Shown here piece by piece: positions 53,267 through 63,494 of a stretch of DNA of 64,000 bases. The notes below the pieces were generated by a model, which had not been told where the DNA came from, ran no database searches, and saw only the letters and a list, made by a program, of their open reading frames with translations. Source of the stretch: an uncultured delta proteobacterium (GTDB lineage Bacteria; Desulfobacterota; Zymogenia; Zymogenales; Zymogenaceae). The stretch's first letter is position 1. Every line of letters begins with the position of its first letter. Made by a program: the position numbers and the translations under genes. The stretch is taken from the NCBI GenBank assembly GCA_963792965.1, contig CAWBYW010000016.1, positions 224,001 through 288,000 on the forward strand, read 5' to 3'.

Positions 53267-54856
53267 ATGACTCACCCGTCCGACAATGAGAGCGAAAAGA
53301 GATATACCTATCTCTTGGTGATCCTCGTCCTTTTTTTTGCCGCCCTGAGGATCCTCTACGTCCGGTTTGGACCGCTGGTCCTTGTCCAGGACGAGACCTA
53401 CTTCTGGGACTGGTCGCGGAGACTTGATTTTTCCTATTTCGACCAGGGGCCGATGGTCGCCTATATTATCGCCTTCTTTACGTCGATCTTCGGCGACACC
53501 GCGCTCGGGGTGAGGATGGGCTCGATCGTCTCATACGCCGTCGCCACGGTCCTCTTCTATATCATCGTCCGGGACGTATTCAAGTCGCCGCGCGCGGGCT
53601 TCGTCACGGCGCTCGTCTTCAACCTGATACCCTCCAGCACCGCCGGGGGGATTATCATGACCTACTACTCCCCGATGATCGTCATCTACCCCCTCTTGAT
53701 CTACACGCTCTATAAGATCATCACGACCAACAGGGCCTCCCTCTGGCTTCTCGTGGGCCTCCTGCTGGGCCTGGGGCTCCTCACCCACATCATGTTCTGG
53801 TTTTACTCCTTCATGGTGGTGCTCTACGTGATTCTCTCGCCGGGGGCGCGTAAATGGCTGTCGTCCCCCTATTTCTATCTCGGCGTGCTCGTCGCGCTGG
53901 CGCTGTCCGGCCCCGTAATATACTGGAACGCCTGCCACGATTGGGCGATGTTCAAGCACGCCTTCGGGCTGGGGGGGGTGAGCCTGGAGACGTCGTTTAA
54001 TCCCCTCAAGTTCCTCGAGTTTCTCGGCGGTCAGGTAGGAGTCGTCACGCCCTTCATCCTCGTCCCGCTTGTCTGGGTCTACTGGCTCATCATCAAGAAA
54101 GGCTTCAAAGAAAACGACGAGTTCTCCCGCATGATCCTCTACACCTCGGCCCCCATTTTCATTCTCGTCTCATTCATGAGCCTGAGAGGCCGCTCCGAGG
54201 CCAACTGGCCGACCCTCGGTTACGTCGGGCCCTTCATCGTCTTCGGAGGATTTGTCGACGGCCTGATCGAGCGTTTGCGGGGCAAAAAGCGCCGCTGGTT
54301 CTGGATTTACACCGGCGTTACGATCTTCTTTCTCGTCTCGGTGACCCTCATCGCCTATAACTCGGGGGTCATCTGGAGACTCTCGCCCAAGACCCTCGCC
54401 CACGACCCAGACCGCGACCCCACCAACGGGCTGAGGGGGTGGGATACGCTGGGTGCCCGCGTCGGAGAGATCTACCGGGAGATGGGAGGGAGCTCGAAAG
54501 TCTTCATCTTCACGCTCGAGTACGGAGAGGCCTCCGAGCTCGCTTTCTATGTCCCGGGGCATCCCAACGTGACGACGCTGCGCTTCTGGAGGAGAAAAAG
54601 CCAGTATGATTACTGGCTGCCGGATAAGTCCTCTCTGGTCGGCAAGGACGCGATATACGTGTTGCGGTGCAACTCGCTCAAATGCCCCGAGTCGCTGAAC
54701 GCCGAGATCTCCTCATCGTTTAGGTCGGTCGCACCCCCAGAAAAGGTCATCATCTATAAAGAGGGGACGGGCGGAAAGCAGATGCGCAAGATCTTCCTTG
54801 TCTGGCGGATGTACGGATTCTTGGGATACACCTTTCCGTCGCAGGACAGGTACTGA
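53267..54856 (+). CDS. ArnT/PMT-like GT-C glycosyltransferase (GT39/GT83)
   Basis: DETYFWDWS...SYFDQGP, many TM segments, ANWP and LRGW motifs. Confidence 0.85.
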   Translation: MTHPSDNESEKRYTYLLVILVLFFAALRILYVRFGPLVLVQDETYFWDWSRRLDFSYFDQGPMVAYIIAFFTSIFGDTALGVRMGSIVSYAVATVLFYIIVRDVFKSPRAGFVTALVFNLIPSSTAGGIIMTYYSPMIVIYPLLIYTLYKIITTNRASLWLLVGLLLGLGLLTHIMFWFYSFMVVLYVILSPGARKWLSSPYFYLGVLVALALSGPVIYWNACHDWAMFKHAFGLGGVSLETSFNPLKFLEFLGGQVGVVTPFILVPLVWVYWLIIKKGFKENDEFSRMILYTSAPIFILVSFMSLRGRSEANWPTLGYVGPFIVFGGFVDGLIERLRGKKRRWFWIYTGVTIFFLVSVTLIAYNSGVIWRLSPKTLAHDPDRDPTNGLRGWDTLGARVGEIYREMGGSSKVFIFTLEYGEASELAFYVPGHPNVTTLRFWRRKSQYDYWLPDKSSLVGKDAIYVLRCNSLKCPESLNAEISSSFRSVAPPEKVIIYKEGTGGKQMRKIFLVWRMYGFLGYTFPSQDRY

Positions 54857-54996
54857 GTCGACCGGATGGGCTCGTCTCATCGTGAATGCCGGTCGGGTCC
54901 CTGCGTCTCTCGGCGTTTGTTGCCGACGCGGCCGGGGAAGGCCCCTTTTTCCGGGGTTCCCTTTCGGAGCACGCGAGGCGAGGTCCCACGCTGGTG

Positions 54997-56205
54997 CTAT
55001 TCGTGATGGACCAGCGCGATCTTGACCGCCTTGTGTTTTCCCTTATCGAAGAAGACGTCCACCGCGTGCCGGAAATCGGCCATCGGGAAGGTGTGGGTGA
55101 CGAAACCCGAGAAGTCGAGCTTCTTCTCGCGATAGAGGGCAAGCGCCACGTCAAACGAGGTCATCGATTTCCCCCGGAACGTTTCCTGCCCGTGGCAGTC
55201 GATGCCCAAGAGGCTCACCTCCTGGTACCAGATCGGCGAGTAGTCGAGCCTTTTCGGGGCAAAATTGATCCCGACGATCACCACCGTACCCTCCGCCCTC
55301 GCCCAGCGGAGGGCGTCCTTGATGCTGCTGTCGTTTCCGACGGTATCGTAGATCACGTCAAAACCGCCGATGATCATCTCGTTTGAGAAGAGGCCCCGAA
55401 AGTATCTCCCGCCCGTCGCACGGGCGACCTTTTCGTATGCCTCCCCGCCGAGGATAACGTCCGTCGCCCCGAGCCGTTTTGCCATCTCGGCCTGATGGGA
55501 GTAGCGCCCCAGCACCCAGACCTCCGCCTCGGGACAGATCGCCTTCAACACCATGATCATATTGAGCCCGATGGCCCCGGCCCCGATCACGAGCACTTTT
55601 TCCCCCGCGGCGGGGGGCCGTTTCAGCGCGGCCCTGACGGAGCAGGCGGTCGGCTCGATGAGTATCGCGTCAAGATCCGATATCTCGTTTCCGATTTTTA
55701 CCAGCTGGCTCTTGTGAACGACCATGGAGGGTGAAAAACCGCCGCCCTGGTTGGGCGGGGCTCCGTCCCACCCCGGGTTTTCACAGAGGAGGTAGTTTCC
55801 CCGCTGGCACGCCCGGCACATCGGCCGTGCCTCCTTCTGGTAGCAGCTCGGCCAGTCGATCCGGAGGATGACCCGCTGGCCCTCGGTGAACTCGCGGGCG
55901 CCCCGTCCCGCCTCGACGACTTCGCCGACCAGCTCATGGCCGAGGAATTTCCTTTTAATCGGCGGGACCGCCGCCGGGGCCACGTGCGGGTCTATCTCGA
56001 GGAACATGAAATGGATGTCGGAGCCGCACAGGCCGCACATCCGGTTTTTCACCTTCACCCAGTTGGGACCCGGGAGCGTCGGCTCGTCAACCTCAGCATA
56101 TTTCACGGGGGAAAACCGTGACAACGGGGCTTTCTTATAGACGAGCGAGAGGGCCTTGGTCAGGATGATCCGTTTCATGTCACTGTCAAAATAGAGCGCT
56201 TTCAT
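54997..56205 (-). CDS. Zn-dependent medium-chain dehydrogenase
   Basis: CGSD, GHE, structural Zn Cys cluster and GAGAIG. Confidence 0.9.
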   Translation of the reverse strand: MKALYFDSDMKRIILTKALSLVYKKAPLSRFSPVKYAEVDEPTLPGPNWVKVKNRMCGLCGSDIHFMFLEIDPHVAPAAVPPIKRKFLGHELVGEVVEAGRGAREFTEGQRVILRIDWPSCYQKEARPMCRACQRGNYLLCENPGWDGAPPNQGGGFSPSMVVHKSQLVKIGNEISDLDAILIEPTACSVRAALKRPPAAGEKVLVIGAGAIGLNMIMVLKAICPEAEVWVLGRYSHQAEMAKRLGATDVILGGEAYEKVARATGGRYFRGLFSNEMIIGGFDVIYDTVGNDSSIKDALRWARAEGTVVIVGINFAPKRLDYSPIWYQEVSLLGIDCHGQETFRGKSMTSFDVALALYREKKLDFSGFVTHTFPMADFRHAVDVFFDKGKHKAVKIALVHHE

Positions 56206-56328
56206 ATGAAGACTCCACAGGGAACGGATGAGCGGCTCGGCGCCGCGAGGGGAGAGGGATACCGGTCAAACGAACGCGCACATGTGTGCGTGATCGCGGG
56301 ATGGAACGAGAACGAATATTGCCGTCGA

Positions 56329-56613
56329 TTACTTCTTGAAGAGGGCCTCGAGCCGGGCCTTGGCATGATCTTTTTCACCCCCGGTGTTCTTGTCCCGCCG
56401 GGATACCTTGAACCGGAAGTAGTCGCAGAAATTATTCTGCTCCTTATCGTTTACCCATTCGCTCTGGGGCTCCCGGCATTCGTTGTAGCTTCCCCGATCA
56501 TAGAAGGTGCAGTTGAGGCAGGTATGGAGGTCCGCCCCACAGGAGGCGCAGACGTCGCGCACGGAAATATAGTCGGAGATGATCGGCTCTCCGCATTTGT
56601 GACAGCGTTTCAT
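56329..56613 (-). CDS. Small Cys-rich (8 Cys) metal-binding hypothetical protein
   Basis: CHKC, CASC, CLNC, ECRE and NFCDYF motifs; C-terminal helix ARLEALFKK. Confidence 0.75.
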   Translation of the reverse strand: MKRCHKCGEPIISDYISVRDVCASCGADLHTCLNCTFYDRGSYNECREPQSEWVNDKEQNNFCDYFRFKVSRRDKNTGGEKDHAKARLEALFKK

Positions 56614-56791
56614 AGGATTTTCGGGCTTACACCAAGATTAATTGTCTTGACCCACAGAGCGGCGATACGTCACTAGGTGGTATCGGCGGTATCCGACGGG
56701 TTTTTGGGGTTACAGGGAGATTCATATACGAGCCGGGAAGGGATGTCAATAAAAAAATACAAAATTAATGGGCCACGGCGGGTTTAATATC

Positions 56792-56807
56792 TTGACTGAT
56801 TGGTCAA
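56792..56807 (+). promoter_or_regulatory. Operator palindrome overlapping the -35 of the thiolase-operon promoter
   Basis: TTGACT-GATT-GGTCAA. Confidence 0.55.
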
Positions 56808-57116
56808 TCTATGTTAAGTAGTGTTCACGACCGGGGGAGGATAGCCGGAAAAGGTCCCTCTCCTCGCGCCGGCACGATCCGTGAATTCATATAGATCGGC
56901 CGACAGTCTGTCCTGGCTGTTCGGTGGCCGGTGGCGGCAACCCGTCCGCTCTTTTTACGAATGGCGGGGGCGCCGCGCACTATGCTCCCCGATAACGGCC
57001 ACGCATCGTTACCGCGGATAACTGACGCGGGCGCGGCCCGTGGGCCGCTGTCCGTACAACCTCTGTTCGGATTACGCAGCGTCTTTTACTCATTCACCAC
57101 CAAGGGAGGTATATCT

Positions 57117-58292
57117 ATGCTTCGTAACGTAGCCATCGTAAGCGCCCATCAGACGAAGTTTGAGGCCAAAAAGGCCGACGAGCGCTTTCAGGAGATGTGC
57201 TACCCCCTGGTAAAGAAGTGCCGCCAAGACACGGGCCTCGACTTTGTCCCCGGCAGGGGGATCGATTTCGCCGTCACGTGCTCGGATGACTTCTTCGACC
57301 AGCGAACCATCTCCGACGGCCCGATGGGCGATCTTGTGGGCGCGGGACGGTGGGGCGGCGAGGAAAAGGTGGCCACAGACGGCGCGCTGGCGGTCCTGTA
57401 CGCCGCCGCCGGTATCGCCTCGGGCCATTATGACGTCGTCATCGTGCTTGCCCACGCCAAGGAGTCCCAGGTTGATTCACGCAACATCGTAACCTTTCAC
57501 GCCTTCGAGCCTTTCTATACTCGATTCCTCGGTATGGACTATACGAAGGCCCTGGGCCTGCAGGCGGAGTCCTACCTAGCCAAATGGGGGATCTCCGAAG
57601 AGCAGATCGCCGCGGTTTCCGCCCGCGCCGCGAAGAACGGAAAGAACAACCCGTTCGCCCAACGTACCGGCGACTATTCCGTGGCCGATGTCATGAAGTC
57701 CAAGCCGGTGGCGACCCCCATCAAGGAGCTGGATCTCTATCCGGTCAGCGACGGAGCGGTCTGCATGATTCTGGCCGAGGAAACCAAGGCCCGTGCGCTG
57801 ACCGACAAGCCCGTCTGGATCACGGGATACGGCAACTGCTATGACTCCTACTACCTCGGCGATCGTAACCTCTGGGAATCGATGAGCCTCACGCGCTCGG
57901 CAAAGAAGGCCTACCAGCTGGCGGGGATCACCAACCCCCTGGATGCCCTGGATGTCGCCGAGATCAGCGTTCAGGCAAGCTATCAGGAACCCCTCTGGTA
58001 CGAGGGTCTGGGCTGGGCCGAGCAGGGAAAGGGCATGGAGCTGTTTGAGTCGGGGGCGACCGATATGAAGGGAAAACTCCCCGTCAACCCGTCCGGCGGG
58101 CAGCTCTGTGGCAACCCGTTGCTCCTCTCGGGCGCCGTCCGAACGACCGAATGTTTCAAACAACTGCGCGGCGAGGCGGGCAAACACCAGGTGAAGGGAG
58201 CAAAACGGGCGCTCGCCCACGGTGTTGCGGGGCCGGCCGGCCAGTTCCACACCGTCTTGATCCTCGAGAACGATGAGGGAGGGAAGAAATGA
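57117..58292 (+). CDS. SCP2-type thiolase-fold protein, Ltp4-like (no nucleophile Cys)
   Basis: EEKVATDGALA at the position of the usual ACAS; SDGA and VNPSGG motifs; GGGAGGT RBS. Confidence 0.85.
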   Translation: MLRNVAIVSAHQTKFEAKKADERFQEMCYPLVKKCRQDTGLDFVPGRGIDFAVTCSDDFFDQRTISDGPMGDLVGAGRWGGEEKVATDGALAVLYAAAGIASGHYDVVIVLAHAKESQVDSRNIVTFHAFEPFYTRFLGMDYTKALGLQAESYLAKWGISEEQIAAVSARAAKNGKNNPFAQRTGDYSVADVMKSKPVATPIKELDLYPVSDGAVCMILAEETKARALTDKPVWITGYGNCYDSYYLGDRNLWESMSLTRSAKKAYQLAGITNPLDALDVAEISVQASYQEPLWYEGLGWAEQGKGMELFESGATDMKGKLPVNPSGGQLCGNPLLLSGAVRTTECFKQLRGEAGKHQVKGAKRALAHGVAGPAGQFHTVLILENDEGGKK

Positions 58293-59456
58293 AGAAGTCA
58301 CGAAACGTAGCCATCGTCGGGGTGGGCCAGACCCGACACCGCGGTCACCGGGAAGACATCAACATGGCCGAGCTCATCTCCGAGGCGGTGGAGGAGGTGC
58401 TGACCGACTCGATGGTGGATCTGAAGGACATCGACTGCATCGTCCACGGCAACATGGAGCTCTTTGAGGGGGCCCATCAGCCCGATATGTGGCACGTGAT
58501 CGGCGACGGCGCCTACGGTAAGGCGGGCTACCGCATCACCACCGGCGGCACCACCGGCGCGACCCTCGTATCGGCCGCGGACCACCTCGTCGCCTCCGGG
58601 ATGCACGATCTCGTGCTGGCCATCGGCTTTGAGAAGCAGGAAGAGGGGATGACCACCACCGGCATCACCAACATGTCGGACGCCCTCTGGGACCGCGAAG
58701 TCCAGACCGGCGCCATCACCGGCACCACCGGCACTATCATGATGAACAAATACGGCCCCAAGGCCGAACAGGCCGCCGCGGAGCTGCGGGTCATGATGGC
58801 CACGAATGCCCGAAAGAATTTCAAGGCCCATCTTAGGATCGATATCACCAGGAAGGACGTGCTGGAATCCAGGGTCCTTGCCTGGCCGCTCAGGCTCCTT
58901 CATATGTGCCCCGAATCCAACGGGGCCTGCGCGATGCTCTTTGCCTCCGAAGAGATGGCAAAGAAACTCCCTCAGAAACCGGTCTGGATGCATGACCACG
59001 TCACGATCCACCGGCAGGAGTTCTTCGATTTCGCCCATCTTGGGGACCTCAACACCCACGGCGAGGCGGCGCGCATCATCTACACGCGAAACGGCATCGT
59101 CAACCCGCTCAAGCAGATCGGCGTCTTTGAGATGTACGACCCGTCCAGCTGGTGGGCGCTGGACTGGCTGGGCAACTTCCTGTTCATGGAGAACGGCGAG
59201 CAGATCGATATGGTCCTCAACGGCGATTTTGCCATCAACGGCAAGTTTCCCGTCAACCCGTCCGGCGGTGTGGTCATCCACCAACCCGATCGGCGCCACC
59301 GCCATGATCCGGGTGGCCGAGGCGGCCCTCCAGATCCGGGGCGATGCGGACGAACACCAGGTCCCGCACGACGTGAACCTCGCGCTGGCCTCGGGGTTTG
59401 GGGGCACTTTCTGGACGGTCCTTCACCTGCTGGGGAAGGAAAAGCCAAACGCATAA
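58289..59456 (+). CDS. SCP2-type thiolase-fold protein, Ltp3-like (+1 frameshift near 59276)
   Basis: RITTGGTTG, FEKQ, EMYDP and NPSGG..STNPIGA motifs; ATGA overlap; span = 3n+1. Confidence 0.85.
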
Positions 59457-59474
59457 GGAGAAAAAGGAGACACT

Positions 59475-59951
59475 ATGGCTACGAAAACCGATAAAGAGGG
59501 GCGGGAACTCGTCGAGATCCGTTACGAGATGGCGATCCCCGGCACCTTCTCCAAGGGACCCATTATGGGCTATTTCCTTGAAAAACTGAAAGACAAGGAG
59601 CTGTGGGGGACCCGCTGCGGCAAATGCTACAACACCATCTTCCCGCCCCGGATCATCTGCCCCAAGTGCATGGTGGAGATGGCCGAGTGGGTCAAGATGG
59701 AAGACTACGCCCACATCGTCACGTTTGACGTCGTCCACTTTCCGACCATCAATCCGCTGACCGGGGAGATGCGCCCGGTCCCCTATACGTCGCTCTTCAT
59801 GGTCTTTCCCAACGGGGCCGGGTTTTTCCACTTCTGCCTTGAGCATGACCCCGCCAAGCTGAAGCCGGGGAAGAAGGTCGTGCCGGTCTGGGCAGAAAAG
59901 CGGGAGGGCCGCCCCTCGGACCTGTTGGGCTGGGTCCTCACCGAAGAATAG
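59475..59951 (+). CDS. DUF35 Zn-ribbon/OB-fold protein
   Basis: GTRCGKC...FPPRIICPKC. Confidence 0.9.
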   Translation: MATKTDKEGRELVEIRYEMAIPGTFSKGPIMGYFLEKLKDKELWGTRCGKCYNTIFPPRIICPKCMVEMAEWVKMEDYAHIVTFDVVHFPTINPLTGEMRPVPYTSLFMVFPNGAGFFHFCLEHDPAKLKPGKKVVPVWAEKREGRPSDLLGWVLTEE

Positions 59952-59963
59952 GAGGTAGATGAC

Positions 59964-60443
59964 ATGTACACATCGGAAAAACTTCCGTTGGATCAAAAAT
60001 ATTGCGGCGGTAAGCGGGGCCTCATGAGCATACCCTACCGCTACTATGCCGGGCTCTTTCTGAGCAAGGCCCTCATCGCGCTGAGGGACCAGAAGAAGAT
60101 CCTCGGCTCAAAGTGCGAGCGCTGCGGCAAGATCTATATCCCGCCGCGCTCCCGCTGCGAGCGGGATTTCTCGAAGATCACCGAGATGGTGGTCGTGGGG
60201 CCTGAGGGGACGGTGGAGGAGTTCACCGTGGTGCACTACGACGAGCCGTACTTCCTGGAGAAGTGCGAGAAGATGATGAAGGCCCCCTTCACGATGGCCC
60301 TCATCAAGCTGGACGGTGCCGACACGAAGCTGCTTCACCGGGTCAAAGGCGATAAGGTCAAACGTGGCGACCGCGTCAAGCCCAAGTGGGCCGACGAGCG
60401 CACGGCGATGATCACGGACATCGAATATTTCGAGAAGGCGTAA
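59964..60443 (+). CDS. DUF35 Zn-ribbon/OB-fold protein
   Basis: GSKCERC...PPRSRCERD, GTVEEFT and IKLDGAD motifs. Confidence 0.9.
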   Translation: MYTSEKLPLDQKYCGGKRGLMSIPYRYYAGLFLSKALIALRDQKKILGSKCERCGKIYIPPRSRCERDFSKITEMVVVGPEGTVEEFTVVHYDEPYFLEKCEKMMKAPFTMALIKLDGADTKLLHRVKGDKVKRGDRVKPKWADERTAMITDIEYFEKA

Positions 60444-60466
60444 GGAAAAAGCTAAAGAACCCATCG

Positions 60467-60503
60467 GGGCGTCTATAGTCGTACTATAGACGCCCTTTTT
60501 TTT
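60467..60503 (+). terminator. Rho-independent terminator
   Basis: 13-bp perfect stem GGGCGTCTATAGT/ACTATAGACGCCC followed by T8. Confidence 0.9.
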
Positions 60504-60966
60504 CGTGTGGGGCTATTGTCTTTCCTAAGAAGAATGATAGAATTATAATCGTCCCAGAACTGATACTGGGGCCTTTTCGGGCGCTACCGACAATCGATAA
60601 GTTTTCGGCGCTTCGAGGAGATAGATCACCGAAGAGGCTTTGTTAATGGTACCCTTCTTCACTCTCGCGACGCGCTGTATCAGTGAAAGGAGCGTCTCTC
60701 CCGGATGTGTGAGATGACCGGTGTATCGACTTTCCTGAGTCTGTCCGAAAGAAAGGGGGCGTTGCGATCGCCTGCGGCCTCCGAAATACTCCGTTTTCGG
60801 ACCCTTCCCCCTCCAAAAAGGGGGTTAATTAAACCCCCTTGACAGAATATTAAATAGTTAGAAAATAAACTATTCATATCCTATACCATATTCACTATTG
60901 TATATTCTATAGTTATACTATTGTAGATACTTGTTACTATACCACCGCGTTTCGGAGGCGGTCAGC

Positions 60967-62745
60967 ATGGAACAGAAAGCCATCCAGATACTCCTCGTCG
61001 AAGACGACCCGGGTTACGCACGCCTCATCACCGAGATGAGCAAGGGCGTTAAGGGGGCCGAGCTTGTCATGAGACATGCCGGCCTCCTCATGGAGGGGAT
61101 CAATATCCTCGCCGAACAAAAAATCGACGTGGTCCTCCTGGACCTGACCCTGCCCGACAGCGAAGGCCTCGACACTTTTCTGAGGATAAAGGGAATGGTC
61201 CCGGAGACCCCGATCGTCGTGTTGACGGGGCGTGAAGACGAAAAGCTCGCGCTGACGGCCGTTAGGGAGGGGGCGCAGGACTACATATTCAAGACCGAGA
61301 TGCGGCCGCCCATCCTGATCCGGTCGCTTCGCTATGCCGTCGAGCGCAAGCGCGCCCAGGAGGCTCTCAAACGGGCCCACGATCTGCTCGAGGTCAAGGT
61401 GAAGGAGCGCACCGCCGAGCTCGAGACGGCCAACAAGAGACTCAAGGCGGAGATCGAGGAAAAAAAGCGGGCCGAGGAGGCCCTGAAAGAGAACGAGAAT
61501 CTCTTTCGGGCCACGATCGAGTCGACCGGCGACGGGATCTTCGTCGTCAACGAGAACGGGGAAGTCACCCACAAGAACGCCCGCTTCGCCGAGCTCTGGC
61601 GTGTGCCCGAGGACGTGCTCAACACCAACAACGACGGCACGCTGCTGGCCTTTTTCCTCGGCAAGCTCGAAGACCCCGAGGCCTTTCTTTCCAGCGCCCA
61701 CGGCCTCTATCACACGACGAAAGAATCCCGAGATACACTCAGGCTCAAGGACGGCCGTTTCTTTGAGCGGCGCACCTGCCCCCTCATTCGCAGCGGGTCA
61801 TACGCGGGCCGGGTCTGGAGCTTTACCGACATCACCGACCGCGCCCGATCGGAAAAGGGCCTCAGGGAAAGCGAGGAGCGGTTCCGGGGGATCGCCGAGA
61901 GGAGCTTCGACATCATCTATGAAACCGACCGGGAGGGCGTCTTCACCTACGTCTCCCCGGCGTTCGAGAGGCTGCTCGGCCGCGCGCCAAACGAAATCGT
62001 CGGCACGGCGCTGACCGATTTGGCGCCGGCACCGGAGCAGCCACGGGCCATCCGGTGGATGACCGGCATACTGGGCGGAACGAGCGCAGAGGCCTTTCAG
62101 ATCGAGCTCGTCAAGAAAGACGGCGCGACCGCCACGTTTGAGATCAACGCGTCGCCGATCTACAAGAACAAGGAGACGGTGGGGAGCCAGGGGATCTGCC
62201 GGGACATCACGGAGCGAAAGGTGATGCAGGAGCGGGTCCTGGTCCAGTCACAGACGGACGGCCTCACGGGCCTGTTCAATCAGCGGCACTTTTTCAAGAT
62301 GATCGAGAACGAGATGAAGCGCGCCAAACGGATACCCTATCCCCTCTCGTTGATGATGCTGGACGTCGAAAATTTCGGCACCTTCAACCAGACCAACGGC
62401 AGGCGGCGGGGCGATGAGCTCCTCAAGGAGCTGGGCGCCGTTATCCGGCGGTGCATCAGGAAGGACCTCGACATCGCCTGCCGGTACGGAGGGGACGAGT
62501 TCGCAATAATCCTCCCCAATTCGGAGAAAGACCAGGCGCTCTCTGTGGCGCGCCGCATCCAGGAGCGGGCGACCCGCAAGCTCGGCGGCATCGAGGTCAA
62601 GGTCGGGATAACCAGCTTAGACGGTGCCCTCTCGCCCGACGCCTTCATCTCCGAGGCCGAACGGGCGATGAAGCTCCAGACCGTCTTCAGCAAGAAGAAG
62701 GCGGCTCAGGAAGCCGCCGCTCCCCGGAAGACCCAGGAAGGATAG
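60967..62745 (+). CDS. REC-PAS-PAS-GGDEF protein (diguanylate cyclase-like)
   Basis: N-terminal receiver, two PAS domains, DGLTGLFN and RYGGDEF. Confidence 0.88.
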   Translation: MEQKAIQILLVEDDPGYARLITEMSKGVKGAELVMRHAGLLMEGINILAEQKIDVVLLDLTLPDSEGLDTFLRIKGMVPETPIVVLTGREDEKLALTAVREGAQDYIFKTEMRPPILIRSLRYAVERKRAQEALKRAHDLLEVKVKERTAELETANKRLKAEIEEKKRAEEALKENENLFRATIESTGDGIFVVNENGEVTHKNARFAELWRVPEDVLNTNNDGTLLAFFLGKLEDPEAFLSSAHGLYHTTKESRDTLRLKDGRFFERRTCPLIRSGSYAGRVWSFTDITDRARSEKGLRESEERFRGIAERSFDIIYETDREGVFTYVSPAFERLLGRAPNEIVGTALTDLAPAPEQPRAIRWMTGILGGTSAEAFQIELVKKDGATATFEINASPIYKNKETVGSQGICRDITERKVMQERVLVQSQTDGLTGLFNQRHFFKMIENEMKRAKRIPYPLSLMMLDVENFGTFNQTNGRRRGDELLKELGAVIRRCIRKDLDIACRYGGDEFAIILPNSEKDQALSVARRIQERATRKLGGIEVKVGITSLDGALSPDAFISEAERAMKLQTVFSKKKAAQEAAAPRKTQEG

Positions 62746-62906
62746 TCCATCAACCCACATACGGCCGGTTTTGGACCCGGGAGGGGGGAAACGGCCGCAT
62801 GTTCGAGTCGCTCCGCCGAGCGCGGGGGCCCTTCATGTCACCGATTCCGCGCTAAACGAACTCTACCCTGGAAGGCGTGTCGGCCGTCGTCAAGAGGCAT
62901 GCGGGG

Positions 62907-63494
62907 TTACTTCCCACCCGCAATCTTCCGTTTTCCACTCAAGAGCCCGATCTCCACGTCTCCCGCCTTGATCGCCCGAATGATCGAGTCCTTGTCCCGG
63001 TCGCACTCCACCTCTATCCAGGTCTTGCCACAGGAATGCTCGTCGTGGGCGTCATCGCTGGCGATCTTCGGAAGCGCGATCTCCGGCGTGTCGTAAAACG
63101 GGGTATAGAATCCTGAAACCGTCACCTCCACGGCCGAGAGCGGCGCCGGCCCCTCCTTGGCGAAAATATCGATGCGGCGGTTGACCTCCTTGATCGGGAG
63201 GCGGTACTGGTCCGGGTGGCACAAGACGTAGAGCATTTCGAGGTCCCCCTTGATTTCCAGCACATGATGGTAGAAGAGGAACAGCGGCTCAAGCTCGATT
63301 CCCTCCAAGACCATGATCCCCGGGACGTCGAGAGGGAAGAGCTTTTTGTAGGCGGGTTTTAACAGGTACTCATGGTCGGTAATGGCGATGAAGTCAAACC
63401 CGAGGTCCCGGTAGATCTCGGCCATCTCGCGCGGCGAGAAGTGCCCGTCGGAGTAGGACGTATGGACGTGAAGGTTTCCTTTGAGGTGTGGCAT
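62907..63494 (-). CDS. PHP-domain metallophosphoesterase
   Basis: GNLHVHT..SDG, AITDH, CHP and SDDAH motifs. Confidence 0.88.
   Translation of the reverse strand: MPHLKGNLHVHTSYSDGHFSPREMAEIYRDLGFDFIAITDHEYLLKPAYKKLFPLDVPGIMVLEGIELEPLFLFYHHVLEIKGDLEMLYVLCHPDQYRLPIKEVNRRIDIFAKEGPAPLSAVEVTVSGFYTPFYDTPEIALPKIASDDAHDEHSCGKTWIEVECDRDKDSIIRAIKAGDVEIGLLSGKRKIAGGK

Noticed and set aside
60615-60670. GAGGAGA...CACCGAAG...ACTCTC resembling a glycine riboswitch
   Set aside because: Lacks the CUCAGG core and the P1/P2 pairing; no glycine-related gene downstream
62760-62830. GTTCGAGTC resembling a tRNA T-loop
   Set aside because: No T-stem pairing or cloverleaf
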